NCBI RefSeq assembly: GCF_018977255.1 | Contig: NW_024704743.1 | Coordinates: 94,986,001 to 95,050,000 of the forward strand | Origin: Callorhinchus milii | Taxonomy: Eukaryota | Reading direction: 5' to 3' | Length of the DNA: 64,000 nucleotides | In this document: positions 50,358-62,811 of the stretch, piece after piece | Position numbering within the stretch: position 1 is the first letter of the stretch | How the letters are laid out: each line of letters begins with the position of its first letter | Program-made: the position numbers and the translations under genes | The notes under the pieces: model-generated | What the model saw: the letters and a program-made list of their open reading frames with translations, nothing else | Database searches by the model: none | Told to the model about the DNA's origin: nothing

Positions 50358-53300
50358 AAGTGGTAAAATTGAAGATTAAATATTCAAGAACCTAAGTCTT
50401 TATCCCCATCTCTAACAGAGCTTTGGCTCTGTGATAATCCTTGCCCATGAAGCTCTGTAGAATAAGCGTTATTTTATCTGAATGTAGTATTAAAGCCTGC
50501 TCTAAGTAGAGATTTTTACTGTAGAAATGCATTTGATTCCAGGCACATTTTGAAGGTTTTCTACGTGATATTTATTATTTATGACTTATCTTGCATATTG
50601 CTAAAGACTGAGAGAACGTGTGTTTTGGGAGGAATCTAACTCTCCAGAGACTGAAAATTGCTCATAACCTTAGCTTTACGACCTCCTCTTCAACCGTGCC
50701 TATGGTCATCTCCCTTTTGTATATTTTTTATTTGTACCTAATAAGATTATTAGGAGGGGAAGACCGTTCCTGAGAGAAAGCATGTAGTAGACATTTTACA
50801 ACACAGAAAAGAACAATTCGGTAAGTCTCTGTGCTAGTGCAAACTCTCACTGCTACAATGCCATTCCTTTGCTCTTTCCCTGTACTTTTTAATAGTAATT
50901 TTCCTCGAGCATTTCCTTTTAAATACGTTATGAACTCAGCTTTGCAGCCACTTGTGGTTGAAGCACTCCATATTCTAACAACCTTATATATTAAAAATAA
51001 TTCTTCTTGTTTCCAATGAAAATAGTCCCAGCTTTCCCAAGCCTTCCCAACACAACTGTATCAATTATATATAAAAAAACATTTTAATCTACAGAGGCAT
51101 ATATGGGTCCAACCCACTGACTGCTCCTACCTTGTGTACTCAATAATTTTAGCTAAACTCAGTTGTATCAGAAGCCTGAATGGACACTATTCACCAGGAC
51201 TACACCACTTGGTTAATTACATGGAAATGAACCTCACTTTGTTTTTGTTTAGGGTACTTTGTCTGCTAATCCGGTAATGAATCCTCCAACCATAGGGGCT
51301 AGCAACCATACCTGCAAAACTAGCACTGTGCCTGTAAATGTCTCCTGGCCAACAATTCCCCCCCATAAAATTGGTCATACATTTCATGGCTGTTCACTTG
51401 ACAGTAAATTCTGTGAAGTGTTTTGAGATGTCCTCTCGATGCGAAAGGTGCTGTACCAAATAAGAATTATTATTTATTTAAATGGACAACTTAAACCTGG
51501 TGGCAAATAAATCTGTACCTACACAGATGTTTCCTTTGAACATTCCTGTTAACATAATACAATGTATTTGTCCAAAAAATAAAGTCACTGCACTTTACAG
51601 AAAATCCTGTGAAGCGCTTCCTGATGTGAAATGTGCTATTCCAAATACAAGGATTATTATTATTAATAATAATTTTATGAGCTCAATGTAATGCAGGATA
51701 ATAGATGGCTATAAGTAAGACACAAGTTAGCAGTTAAATCAAGAGGTTCCCTGATATCATTCTGAGTGGTTTCTAAAGCTAAGCCTGGATGACAGAGTGA
51801 GCTGGGATCACAAATGGCTCCTTCACATTGCTGCACGCTTGTGTTTCTATCTGATAAACGCTAAGAGCAAAGCTTGAGAGGTATATAACGTTGTCAGAGC
51901 TCCCTTGATTGAATTAGCACCCTGCACCTGCCAGCCATTTTTCGTTCTTTGTAATAAGTAATGATTTGATATTTCGGGCTGACTGGAGGTTTGAGTTACT
52001 GGGACTGCTGAGCTGAGCTGAGCTGAGCTGCCGTGGGGGAAATAGGAAAGTTGTTCTGAATGACGTGTGTGAAAGGCTAATAGTCATGTGGGCCTCTAAG
52101 ACGAACAGCATCACGTTACTGGTCTGGTAACACCAGTTTGCCTGGTGGGAGCAGAAAACTAGAAATGATAATAAATCGTACACATTATATGTACATTTCC
52201 CTCCCCAGCTGTTTATCCACTGCCTGCTGACCAGTTTTTCCCAGACCTCAACTGATGATGGTGTTCAGCTGGTTGACTGGAACTCTGGGTGACAAAACCC
52301 CAAGGACAGCTCTAACCCCGACCCACCCTTCCCTGGTTTCTGTTCATCGCTTTTTCACGTTAGCACAGCTCAGGTTATGTCTTCCCTTCTCTCCATCCCC
52401 TCCTTAATACCGTGCATTGATCTTCTGTGGTGATGCCCCCTGCACCCTGTTTATTGTACATCTCTAACATAATTAGTAAATGTTTCAAGTTCATGTCGAT
52501 GGAGAGATCGGGCGAGGATGTGCTCCAGCATGCTGTTGCACTAAAGTGAAAACATTTGTGCTGCTATTTATTTCGCCGTTCATTGCCATGTTAAATACAT
52601 GACAAAATACAAAATAGACTTCTTTAATCATGCATGGAAATTGTGCTGCTTTTTAGCTGCTTCTGATAGCTACTGGTATCCTGTGCTCACTTTTGTGCTG
52701 ATGTGACCCTTTTTTGAATCCAGTGAAGTGGTTTTAGATGACAGTTATGATGAACGCGGTCATGTTCACTCAATAAAATAAAGCCCAGCACGTTTCAGGA
52801 TAAATCAGTGAAATGTACAGCCCCACCTGTCTTTCTCCATCATTCATTTCCACTGTCAAATTCGCAGTGCCTGATGGATCACAGTTGCTGTAAAATTAGA
52901 CAGCCTTTAATCTCATTTCATCCTGATTAGCCTCTCTCTACCCTTTACCTCTAACTCACTGACTGACACGCCGAGGACTCACAGTGTGCTTTGTATGAAC
53001 AAGGATTGCCGCAAGGTTTAAGACTTCACCATTAAATAACCAGTCACAGTAGAGTCAGTAACACATCTGATCATAAGAACTCAGAACATTCTGACACCTT
53101 GGACTAACTTTTCCACTCTCTGTACTTCAGGTGATTTTTTTCACCCACAAAATATACAGTCAATTCACTTTGCAGTATATTCTATGAAGCGATTTGATAC
53201 GTCTCGAAGATGTGATCAGGCGCTATATCAAATGCAAGGATTATTTTAATTTTTTTAATACATAGGTGATTTTTTTCTCCCTGGATTTCCAGATGCCGAT

Positions 53301-56094
53301 TCATTGAAGGAGTATGAACTAAAGTGATTGTTAGGATATCTGGATGTAGGGGTACGGAGGGAGGGAGATGGTGGATGTTTCAAATCATTTGAGTCCACAT
53401 TAGTATTTGAAAAGAACACCCTTTGAAATATTTGCTGCCAAGATTGTCTTTGGAAATGATGTGAAGACCCAAGTTGAACCGTTAAACCTCCATAGGTGGA
53501 ATGCCTTGGATTAGAATTGTTTGAAGGGTGGTTCCTGTGAAGGTTTTGAATTGGTGCAGTGTTATGACTTGTGCCAACGCATCACTGATCGTGTCTGAAG
53601 TGAAAAAAAACGTAAAGCGGAGGTATTTTACAATACTCGAAGTAGATACAGCGCCTTAGCATGCCGTGATGTGCTGCTGTTCAGAAGCACTGCAGCATCT
53701 TGCAGCTTCAAAACACTGGAAACCTTTGATGACATCTCCCCCCACCCCCCCAAACCCCTGCTGTTCATTCCCAAGGATTGATAGACTCAAAGCGTTTAAA
53801 AACAGTAAATCCACAAGATCGGGTGAACCAAAGCCCTGGGTGCTTAGAGACATGGGAGTAGGAGATTTGTAAAGAACCCCTTAAGGGAGTCAATGAAGGT
53901 ATAACAGAATGGCCTATAGCCCTCTTTAATTGGTCCTTCACGTTAGGTAAGTTTATAGAACCTAGATTTCTAAAAGACCTTTGGCACACAGTAATACCCA
54001 ATAGCCATGAAGTGAATGGCCATATTTATCTGGAGGATTTTTGGTCTGGACACCACGAGAAACTCCCTTCTCTTTTCATATAGTGTCATAAGATATCTGA
54101 TATCCAACAGGCAAATGGAAAATCGTTACTTTGAGTTGCTACCCTGAATGAAAGGCATCATATTAAATACAAGTTGTTGTTGGTTTTAGGTCTCATCTGA
54201 AGAATGGAAGTATACAACAATACACACCTTCCTCACACCTGACTAGGAAAGCACAATACACAGCAAAATGAATAATCTAGGTATTATTCATTTGAGTGTA
54301 AAATACATGGGTTGGCACAGGTCCACTAGTGAGTTCCAAGTCCAGTGGAATGTTAGCCTAGGAGGAGTGAACTTTCTGACACAGAGACAAGAATACTATC
54401 AAGTGATCAAGGCTAATGCATCTGTTGATGGAACCCAAGGAATTCAGCACCCAACTTGCAATTAATCACTACAAAGTATTGCTATGTTTCCTGCTGCTTG
54501 TTCAATTGGAAGCCTACCAACCTGTTAGGGAGTTGAATTATCAAATGTCTAGTAGAACTGCTCCAAATATGACTGTTGAGCCACAATGCTTTTAAATAGA
54601 ATTAACTTGTGAATCACAGTACAGGATTATGGATATTTAAATTAAAAAATAAAGTAATATATGTTTGAGAAGGACCACTGACTAGAATTGCACAATGCAC
54701 AGCAAAATGAATCATCTAGGTACAATGACATATTTTATTCTCGGACTGTGAGACGCGGGGCTTGGCACAGGTCCAAAGTCCAGCAGTTTTGATGCCACCA
54801 TAAACTCTGGAGATGAAGCTCCTGTGGTATGTGCATTCCCAGAAGCAACTTTGTTCACTTCATGGCTGTTTGTGGGACATTGAATTTGCTGTGTGCAAAT
54901 TGGCTGCCGCATTTGCCTACAAATCATAGTAAAATCATAGTAAAATCCTGAGAGGTCTTGAGGACTTGATTAAGGTGCTATATCTAATTTAACAATTGTT
55001 ATTATAAGTGAAGGTATGTGCCATTGAATGCAACAATACCAGTTGTGATACTTTCTCTCCAGCACGGGAAGCTTTCTCTAGCTAAGCGCAGAACTTCATG
55101 ATTGCAGGATGAGTTGGATATTCAAGATGGGATGACATTTAAGGTTAGAGAGGGGAAATCAGCCAATGTTGCCACATGTGGGGGCTGCAATTCCACATGT
55201 TTTAGTGCAAGACTGTTGTTTCAAGATTCCAGGTCCTATGCAATTTTAGAAAATTCTTAAATTCAACCTTAATGTTGAAGCCATTTTTTCTACAAACCTT
55301 TGTAAAAATACAGAAAAACATCTCCCAAATGAAGACTGAAATTAAGAATTTACTAAAATGCTGAACCAATCTGATACTTTAAGAAAGTAGCCTCTAGGCT
55401 GAAACCACGTGGGCACTTTGAGTTTCGCAATTGCTAACCAGAGGTCCATGCTGGAAGCCTGTGTCAATGTGTAGTTGGGTGAGAAGAGGATTGGTCTCTC
55501 CTGTCATCTCCCCCTGTATTCGAGGAGCTCGCTTAGACTGACCATTGAGACTCACTCATGATCAGTGTTCCATTTAGTGGATGTACCTCAGGGTAACTAA
55601 TACACCAATGGAACTGTCATCAGTGAAAAGCAAAAGGTGTTAAAAGTATATTCTGGGGAGGAGAAAACCTGGCAGAAACAAAATAATTTTTTGTTCAGTA
55701 GATATTAATAGGCTGTTAACGCATTGTGACACTTTTGTTATGTGAGTATGGGTTATTAATGAATGATTAATGGGGTGGGCTACAGAAGGAGAGAGTGCAG
55801 TGTTACCCTAGGATGACTGGGGCACATTGGAGCTTGAAGAGATCCTTGTTTATAAGCAAAACACCTGGCACTTAATAGAACCATACGTTGGAGAAAAGAA
55901 CAGGGAAATCCTGGGGTTAGTGGCTCTTGCTGCTCCATGGAACCTCTTTGTATTCTGTACCAGGTAATGCGAGCAGAGATTAGCAAAATCATGACCCCCA
56001 TTGGTGAGGGTTTATATTCAAACACCTTCTAGTCAGGCCCTATATTGCACCAGGTTAGTAGATTCAAGGGGAATTGGGAACCTGTTTTGGTGCA

Positions 56095-56452
56095 AACACA
56101 CACACAAGCACGCACAGAGAGACTCAGAGGTAGATACACAGGGACTCAGTGACACACAGATACACACACACGCACAGATCCACAATTGCACAAATACATA
56201 CACATAAATACACACGCACACAAGCACACACATGCATGCACAGAGACACACAGGCACACACGCACAGACACACAGGTGTTACGTGCACAGAGGCACACAA
56301 GTACAGACACACAGGTGTATGTGCACAGAGATGCACAGGCACATTTACACACAGGCACACACACACACGCACAAAAATGCAGACACACACATACCGAGGA
56401 GCACACACATACATTCACACTATGGTACATACATATATACACAGGCACACAT
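56095..56452. repeat. Degenerate (CA)n-rich simple repeat
   Basis: About 350 nt of interrupted CA repeats; explains the cluster of H/T- and C/V-rich ORFs. Confidence 0.9.
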
Positions 56453-57952
56453 GATTTATCTTAGATTTACAATTGAAGATATTCAAATAGAAGTTATCAG
56501 AATGGAAAGGAAACGACCCTCAGAGACTCTTGAAATGGAATAAGAAGTAAATTGTATAACAGGAAGACTGAAAATATATAATTCTTCAAAAAAAAAGGAG
56601 AGGTTATCAGGTAATTTCAATTTAAAAAGGAAAGAATGATTGACAAAGGAAGGATGAAATGAAAAGTTGAAATATGGGTGATAAAATTAAGAATCTGCTG
56701 GGAGATGCATGCACTAACTGCGGTCCAGTGGAGGGCTGCATATCATAGAAAAGTGGATTTATTTGCACCCAGTTTATGCACTGAATAGCAAGGCTCAGTA
56801 CCCGAGGGGGTTAGCATTAGAAAATGGTGACGTTTCTGCTGGAGCAGCGGTCCGTGTCACATTACCATGCTTTGTTACTAATGAACTGGTGCAAGTTCCC
56901 TGCTGTTTCCTGAACAGACTGTAATTTCTGAAAAGTGACTGTGAAATATTCTGCAAGCTGAACTAGGTGCTACCATTTACCTAATTTGGCATGATAGACA
57001 GAGCTTTAGTATCTGCTGCTGTGTGACCTGATCACAGGGAGATCGAAGGGCTTTCTGAAAACACCATGCAGCCTAGGCATAAAGTAAAACCATATACAGT
57101 TTTTTTTTAAATTAATGAACAGATCTGGAAATAATCAGGGCTAACTTTCGCTTGCACAATGAATGCACTTAGAGGGCTGTCATCTGGCTATTTGAGTAAT
57201 TGTTCTCTTGCCACTTTAATATTTTATAATTGAATAATTTATCAGCTGCTATTTTCAGCTATTAGAAAAATAAGAAACCCGTTGAAGTTTTGCCAGTTTG
57301 TCTGCATGTTACACTAATGCACAGTATACGGACCTGAGCATCACATGGATGTAAAAAGCTGTGTGTAAAATAATAAAAAGAATTGCGATTGATATAACAT
57401 CTCATCACGTCGCCAACATCTGAAAGGCCTTCAGAGGATTTTACTACAAAGTGCAGTGACTATGTATTTTTAGACAAACAAGACAGCCAATTTTTGCATA
57501 GCAACATCCACCAAATAGTCATGAAGTGAAGGACCAATTTTATCTGGAGGATTATTGGCCTACTTTCCAAGTAGTGCCATGTTCTACCTGAATAGTTAAA
57601 CGAGACTACAGTTTAATGTTTCATCCGAAGATGCACCTCGGGTTTTGGACTGGAGTATCACTCTAGATTGCATGTTCTCAGTCTCAATGTGGGCTTGAAT
57701 CCACAGTTTCTGACTTGGAGGCAAGAAAACTAGCAACTGAAATACGACCAACAACGAAATAGAAATGCATTGTAGACAGTGAGAAAGACAGCATATCATA
57801 TCAGAACATTTCAAAGTGCCTCATCAGCAATTGCTATCAAGTATAGTGGTTACTTTTGCAGGTAAACGGGGCGCCAGAAAGGTCCTACAACCTGCCACAA
57901 GGTGATCTGGAGGATTGTTGGTCAGGATGGCAGTATGTGGAATGAAACCTGA

Positions 57953-58266
57953 TAATAATAATAATAATAATCCTTGCATTTGATATAGCGCTTTTCATGT
58001 CTTCTAGACGTCTCAAAGCGCTTCACAGAATATGCTGTAAAGAATTGACTGTATATTTGTGGGCGAAACGCGGCAGTCAATTGCGCACAGCAATGCCCCA
58101 CAAACAGTTGTGGTTTGAAAATGACCAATTTATAATTGTTTTGTTTTGGAGGGATTATTATTAGGCGTGTGGAGTAAGGAAACTTGCCCAACGTTTTGCC
58201 CTGCCTGGAATTGAACTCAGGTGTCTCGTTTGCAATCCGAGTGCTCTAACCACTGAGCTACAGGAC
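57953..58266 (-). mobile_element. Full-length young tRNA-headed SINE
   Basis: The minus strand has A box TAGCTCAGTGG, B box GAGTTCAATTCC, family body and (TTA)n tail. Confidence 0.88.
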
Positions 58267-58939
58267 TCCACAATGGAGGCACACCGTTCTGCATCATATT
58301 GAGGCTGTTGCAAAGCAGAGCTCCAGCCAACTTCGGTTGTATGATTGGCTTTGTTAGTATTGTTACACAATGTTCTTGGACCATCTATTGGTCTGTCTTA
58401 GAAGTTTGACTTGACCGTTGGGAGGCTGCTTTGAGATGTTTTGACTTGAGTCAAATACAAAGATTATTTAATTTGCTACAGAGCTTTTTCAGTGACAGCA
58501 AAGGGAAATGGCTCCTAGAAGGCCAACTTACCCGGAAAGTTCATCTTGTCTGAAATTTTAAGATTGTACAGCGTTGTGATGAAAATCTTAAACTTAGCCT
58601 TAGTCTGGAAAACAGTTTTCTACTGTCCTTAAGAAAAATACCTTCCAAATTAAGATTGAATTAAAGTATTTCCACAAATCTGCATGATCATAAATTTAAA
58701 ACAAAATAGTTTTACAGGCTGTGATCAGGTGGAATTTCACTGCAGATGCTTTCTGGTGCGAGACTTAAGCACTACTTGCACTGACTTGACTAGTGTATTG
58801 TGGAGAATCACTATAGGTTTTCAGTATTATTGTGGCATGTGATGGGTCCAGCGAAAAAACGTACATGTGACCAAAAGTGACCACAAAATACACAGTCACT
58901 TCACTTGCAGCTTACCCTCTGAGGCACTTTGAGATGTCC

Positions 58940-59478
58940 TCAGAACTCTGCAGCTCGTGTACTGTCCCGCACCAGGCTTCGGGAACACATCACTCCCACC
59001 CTCGCTCGCCTCCACTGGCTCCCCTTCCCCCAGAGGATCGAATTCAAGATCCTCATCCTCACCTACAAGGCCATTCACGGCCTTGCTCCCTCCTACCTCT
59101 CCGACCTACTATCCCCCTACTTACCTGCCCCTATCCTCCGTTCTTCTGGCTCCGGTCTGCTCCACATCCCCCGCCCCAACCGCCCTACCATCGGTGGCCA
59201 GGCCTTCAGCCTCTCAGCCCCTAGGCTCTAGAACTCTATCCCCCAGTGCCTTCGCCTTGCTTCCTCCCTTTCTTCCTTCAAGGCCGGTCTCAAGACCTTT
59301 CTCTTTGACCGTGCCTTCAGCTCCCCTCTCGACTCTCTACCCCCTCCTCGCTCCCTCCCTTCCCTCCCCTCACCCTGACCATTTCCCCCCTGCTCGGGTC
59401 CTGACCCAACTGTCCAGCACCTTGGGACGTCCTCCCGATGTGAAAGGCGCTCTAGAAATGAAATCTTGTTGTTGATGT
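58940..59478 (+). mobile_element. 5'-truncated young L2 LINE (3' end)
   Basis: QNSAARVLSRTRLREHITPTLARLHWLPFPQRIEFKILILTYKAIHGLAPSYL; same family as 1757-2303. Confidence 0.92.
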
Positions 59479-59594
59479 TGTCCTCCAAACATGAAAGGTA
59501 ATATATCATATTGAAGGATTATTATGTGAGGGAACAATGTGATATTGCGTTCATCAACGCCATTATGTTAGCTGAACGAAAGCTAGACACTTAA

Positions 59595-60045
59595 TCATAA
59601 TAGTAATCATAATGACACTAGTTGTAAAGCGCCTTTCAGGTCAGGAGTCCCAAGGCTCTGGACAGTCAGGGATGTGGACCCGAGCTGGGGGTCAGGATCA
59701 GGGAGGGTGGAAGGTAGGAGGATGGCCAAAGGCTTGTTTGAAGAGGAGGCTTTTGAGATCCGCCTTGAAGGAGGCAAGCGAGGGAGTGAGGCGAAAGGAA
59801 TGTGGGATGGAGTTCCATAGTGTGGGGGCAGAAAGGCTTAAGTCCCGTCCGCCGATGGTGGGGCGGGCTGGGTGGGGGCTGTGGAGCAGGCCAGAGCAGT
59901 GGGAGCAGAGGGAGCGGAGAGGATGATATGGGGTCAGCAGGTTGCAGAGGTAGGGAGGGGCAAGGCCGTGGGGAGCTTTGAAGGCAAGGACGAGGATTTT
60001 GAACTCTATCCTCTGGGGATGGGGAGCCAGTGGAGCTGGGCTTCC
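59595..60045 (-). mobile_element. L2 3' fragment, different subfamily, tail-to-tail with 58940-59478
   Basis: The minus strand encodes LHWLPIP.RI.FKILVLAFKAPHGLAPPYL and has the L2 terminal motif. Confidence 0.88.
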
Positions 60046-60154
60046 TCACAGAAAGAGATATAACATTAGCAGACTTTCCACTCCAGCACCTCCTAGTGTT
60101 CAGAGCAGGAATGATGCTGCCAGAGAAGTGAGAACATCCTCTCAGCGACCCATT

Positions 60155-60412
60155 TTAAAATGCAAGCGCAGCAAAGTGAAGTCTTGCTGCAACTGTACAG
60201 GGCCTCGGTGAGACCGCACCTAGAATATTGTGTGCAGTTTTGGTCTTCTTATTTAAGAAAGGACATACTCCCCTAAGAAGGGGTGCAGCGTAGATTCACT
60301 AGGTTAGTTTCTGGGATGAGGGGGTTGACCTATGAGGATAGGTTGAGTAAACTAGGCCTATATTCTTTAGAATAGCTCTTTCGAACAGAGTTGAAGAAAC
60401 ACTTCTTCACTT
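60155..60412 (+). mobile_element. CR1 fragment
   Basis: [31 protein letters not shown]; closely matches 42770-42970. Confidence 0.85.
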
Positions 60413-60863
60413 GTGAGATTTTAGCTCTACCTCGAGATTGCTTCAGTTCAATGGCTTGGTCAGCTTCAGGCCCAATCATTGTGATGTGATAAGGGGGGAG
60501 TGTAGGGGTCCTTCACAGACCTACCTTTAGTTAATGATCTACTGCATTTTTCAATAATGTGAAAATTAACACCAATGTTAAATTAACAATTCCACCCCGC
60601 ACCCCGCCACATCCACCACCAATGGTCTCATTGTATCAAATGTTGTTGGTAAATATGTTTATAACTAGGTTTCATTTTGATTGTTTTCAAATATCATATG
60701 GGGAGGCTCAGCATGACCCAGCACTCTGAATACTTCATGTGATGCTCAGTAGGAAACTCAATGAAAGAATACAGTGCTCCATGTGAGGGTGACCAATTGA
60801 TTACTGACACTGAATTACTGCAGGGTAAGAATATGCACTAAAAATATTTCTGTTTTTTTGCAG

Positions 60864-60953
60864 TAATGCCTTATAACAGTGCCCACCATTGTGTTGTGGA
60901 GGTAGAAAACTTCCTGTTTGTACTTGGAGGAGAAGACCAGTGGAACCCAAATG
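60864..60953 (+). CDS. KLHL14: KLHL14 third coding exon (90 nt)
   Basis: Acceptor tttttttgcag. Translates (L)MPYNSAHHCVVEVENFLFVLGGEDQWNPN(G), including the Kelch GG motif. Donor GTAATA at 60954. Confidence 0.96.
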
Positions 60954-61894
60954 GTAATATTAGCTGAACACGTGGGCATGCTTTTCAAAGAACTGTGTGA
61001 ACATCTGTTAAAAGGAATATTCTAGCAATAAATAAAGCAGTATTTGTTTGCAACTGGCCTCTATTCCGTAGTGAGCTGATTTCAAGCGCCCTCAGTAGCC
61101 CTGGGATGGAGAGGGAAATAGCAACCAGCTAGAGCTCCTGCTCCTGACTGCTGGTTCCTGAAAAGTGATGTGTGTGGACATCAGAGAACAGGCCTGTGCT
61201 TGGCTATCATGCACCCACAGTTTATCAGGTAGCCAGCACATGCTGCTTAAGCTTAGATTGAGAAAAGACACTTGGCTGAGGTACTAGAGAGCACCTGATG
61301 CCTGCAAAACAGTTACGTTGCTTAACTCAGTGTCTTGCTAAAAGGAAGTCTATTGGAAGGTGAAAAAGTCTGGAAACCAGGTGTATAAAACACAGTGATT
61401 TCAAACAGGATTCCTTAATTCAGGTATCAGAGAGAGAGGCTCTTTATAGTAACTGAGAGTACATCACTCCGACTTGCTGGAACTCTGTTCCAAAGGAAGC
61501 ATCGGAGCAGAGTTTCTGGTCTTGTCCAGAAAGTAGATCTTGAATTAGACTGGACAGCCGTCCACAATACAGATCGTAGATTTGATTGAACAGCAGTCTA
61601 CAATACAGATGGTGGATTAGACTGGACAGTTTTAGACTCTTTAATTAAGGAGTCGTGTTTGAAATTACGAAGCAGGAACAGAGCTGTCAATTACCAGGGT
61701 GGTCTTCACTAATGTTTGTGAGCATTTCGTTCCACACTTACAATAGGAATATCTGTGTAAACACAGATCAGAAAGTTCGCTAGCGTTAGAAAACAATTGG
61801 TGTTAGACCCCACTGTGGGGATATAATTACTCTGCCTTTGTGTTCATTAGCAAGAGAATGCAGCTCTAACAACTAATGATTCGATGAAAAAGAA

Positions 61895-62050
61895 ACTGCT
61901 TTGACATAAAAACAGAAAATGCTGGAAAATGCACAGAACGCTGTTAATGGGTTTCATCCGAAATGTTAACATGTCTTTCTCTTTCAGATGCTGATCTACA
62001 AACTGGCTACTTCCAACATTTTCTGGCTTTATTTCAGCTTTGTAGCATTC
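61895..62050. mobile_element. Degenerate fold-back repeat, possibly a Penelope-type terminal remnant
   Basis: Imperfect inverted arms ATAAAAACAGAAAATGCTGGAA and TTCCAACATTTTCTGGCTTTAT. It resembles a common chondrichthyan repeat end; the family assignment is from memory. Confidence 0.4.
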
Positions 62051-62433
62051 ACAAATTTCTCTTTTAATCTCCACTAATTTTTAATTTTTTTTACTGCAAT
62101 TGCGTGATTGTTTCAAAGTTAACATACATATAAAAACACACATTCTGTACAGTATTTTCTTTACCTTCACTGTTAATATTGAGATCAATTTAAAACTAGG
62201 AAAATGATATTGAGTTGCTATCGAACCTATTAACAATACGGTTCAGGCTTACTGTGTCTTCATCATCTGTATTAGTGGATCTGTTGACCTATAACATTTT
62301 GATAAGTTTTAGGAAATGAATGGGGATTGCTGACGCAATAGTGAATATTTTTCTGTTTAAAATTCCCTGCATACCTTAGACTGTAGCAATTTGGTGCTGG
62401 AAATGGGGTTTAATTTATATCCTTTTTTAACAG

Positions 62434-62512
62434 GAAAACATAGCACAAATCTTGTCAGCCGATATGATCCTAGATTTAACAGTTGGATACAACTCCCTCC
62501 TATGCAAGAAAG
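62434..62512 (+). CDS. KLHL14: KLHL14 fourth coding exon (79 nt); gene continues beyond the window
   Basis: Acceptor ttttttaacag. Translates (G)KHSTNLVSRYDPRFNSWIQLPPMQE(R), with the Kelch YDP..W..L.PM motif. Donor AG|GTAATG at 62513. Confidence 0.96.
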
Positions 62513-62811
62513 GTAATGCATTTCTAATATTTCCTGAATATTAATTAAAAGTTTACACAGAAAACTGTGGTGAAGTGTTACAGGGGAAATAACAACAACA
62601 ATAAATCGCCTTTATACAGTGCTTTTCACGTCGGGAAGACTTACCAATGGACGTCGCTGTAAAGTCTAGGGGGGAGTCATTTTATTTAAAGTACCCTCAC
62701 TGAATATGGAATAAGATGCATTGTTATAGCACAGTAATTTCTGTATGAAGAGGATTCTTTATTTTAACACAGTGTGTCAGACCACCTCCTCTCACGCTGG
62801 CCCATTCCATT

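Noticed and set aside
56001..56543. Cluster of overlapping ~100-aa ORFs
   Set aside because: Artefact of the (CA)n-rich repeat, which lacks stop codons.
58198..58266. tRNA gene on the minus strand (also ~2535-2606)
   Set aside because: A and B boxes are present but fused to the SINE body, the anticodon regions differ between copies and there is no clean acceptor stem; these are SINE heads.
61544..61629. CRISPR-like repeat array
   Set aside because: Vertebrate context, contiguous units with no unique spacers and no cas genes.
61870..62050. Hammerhead ribozyme in the Penelope-like remnant
   Set aside because: I could not assemble an intact CUGANGA/GAAA core with supporting helices.
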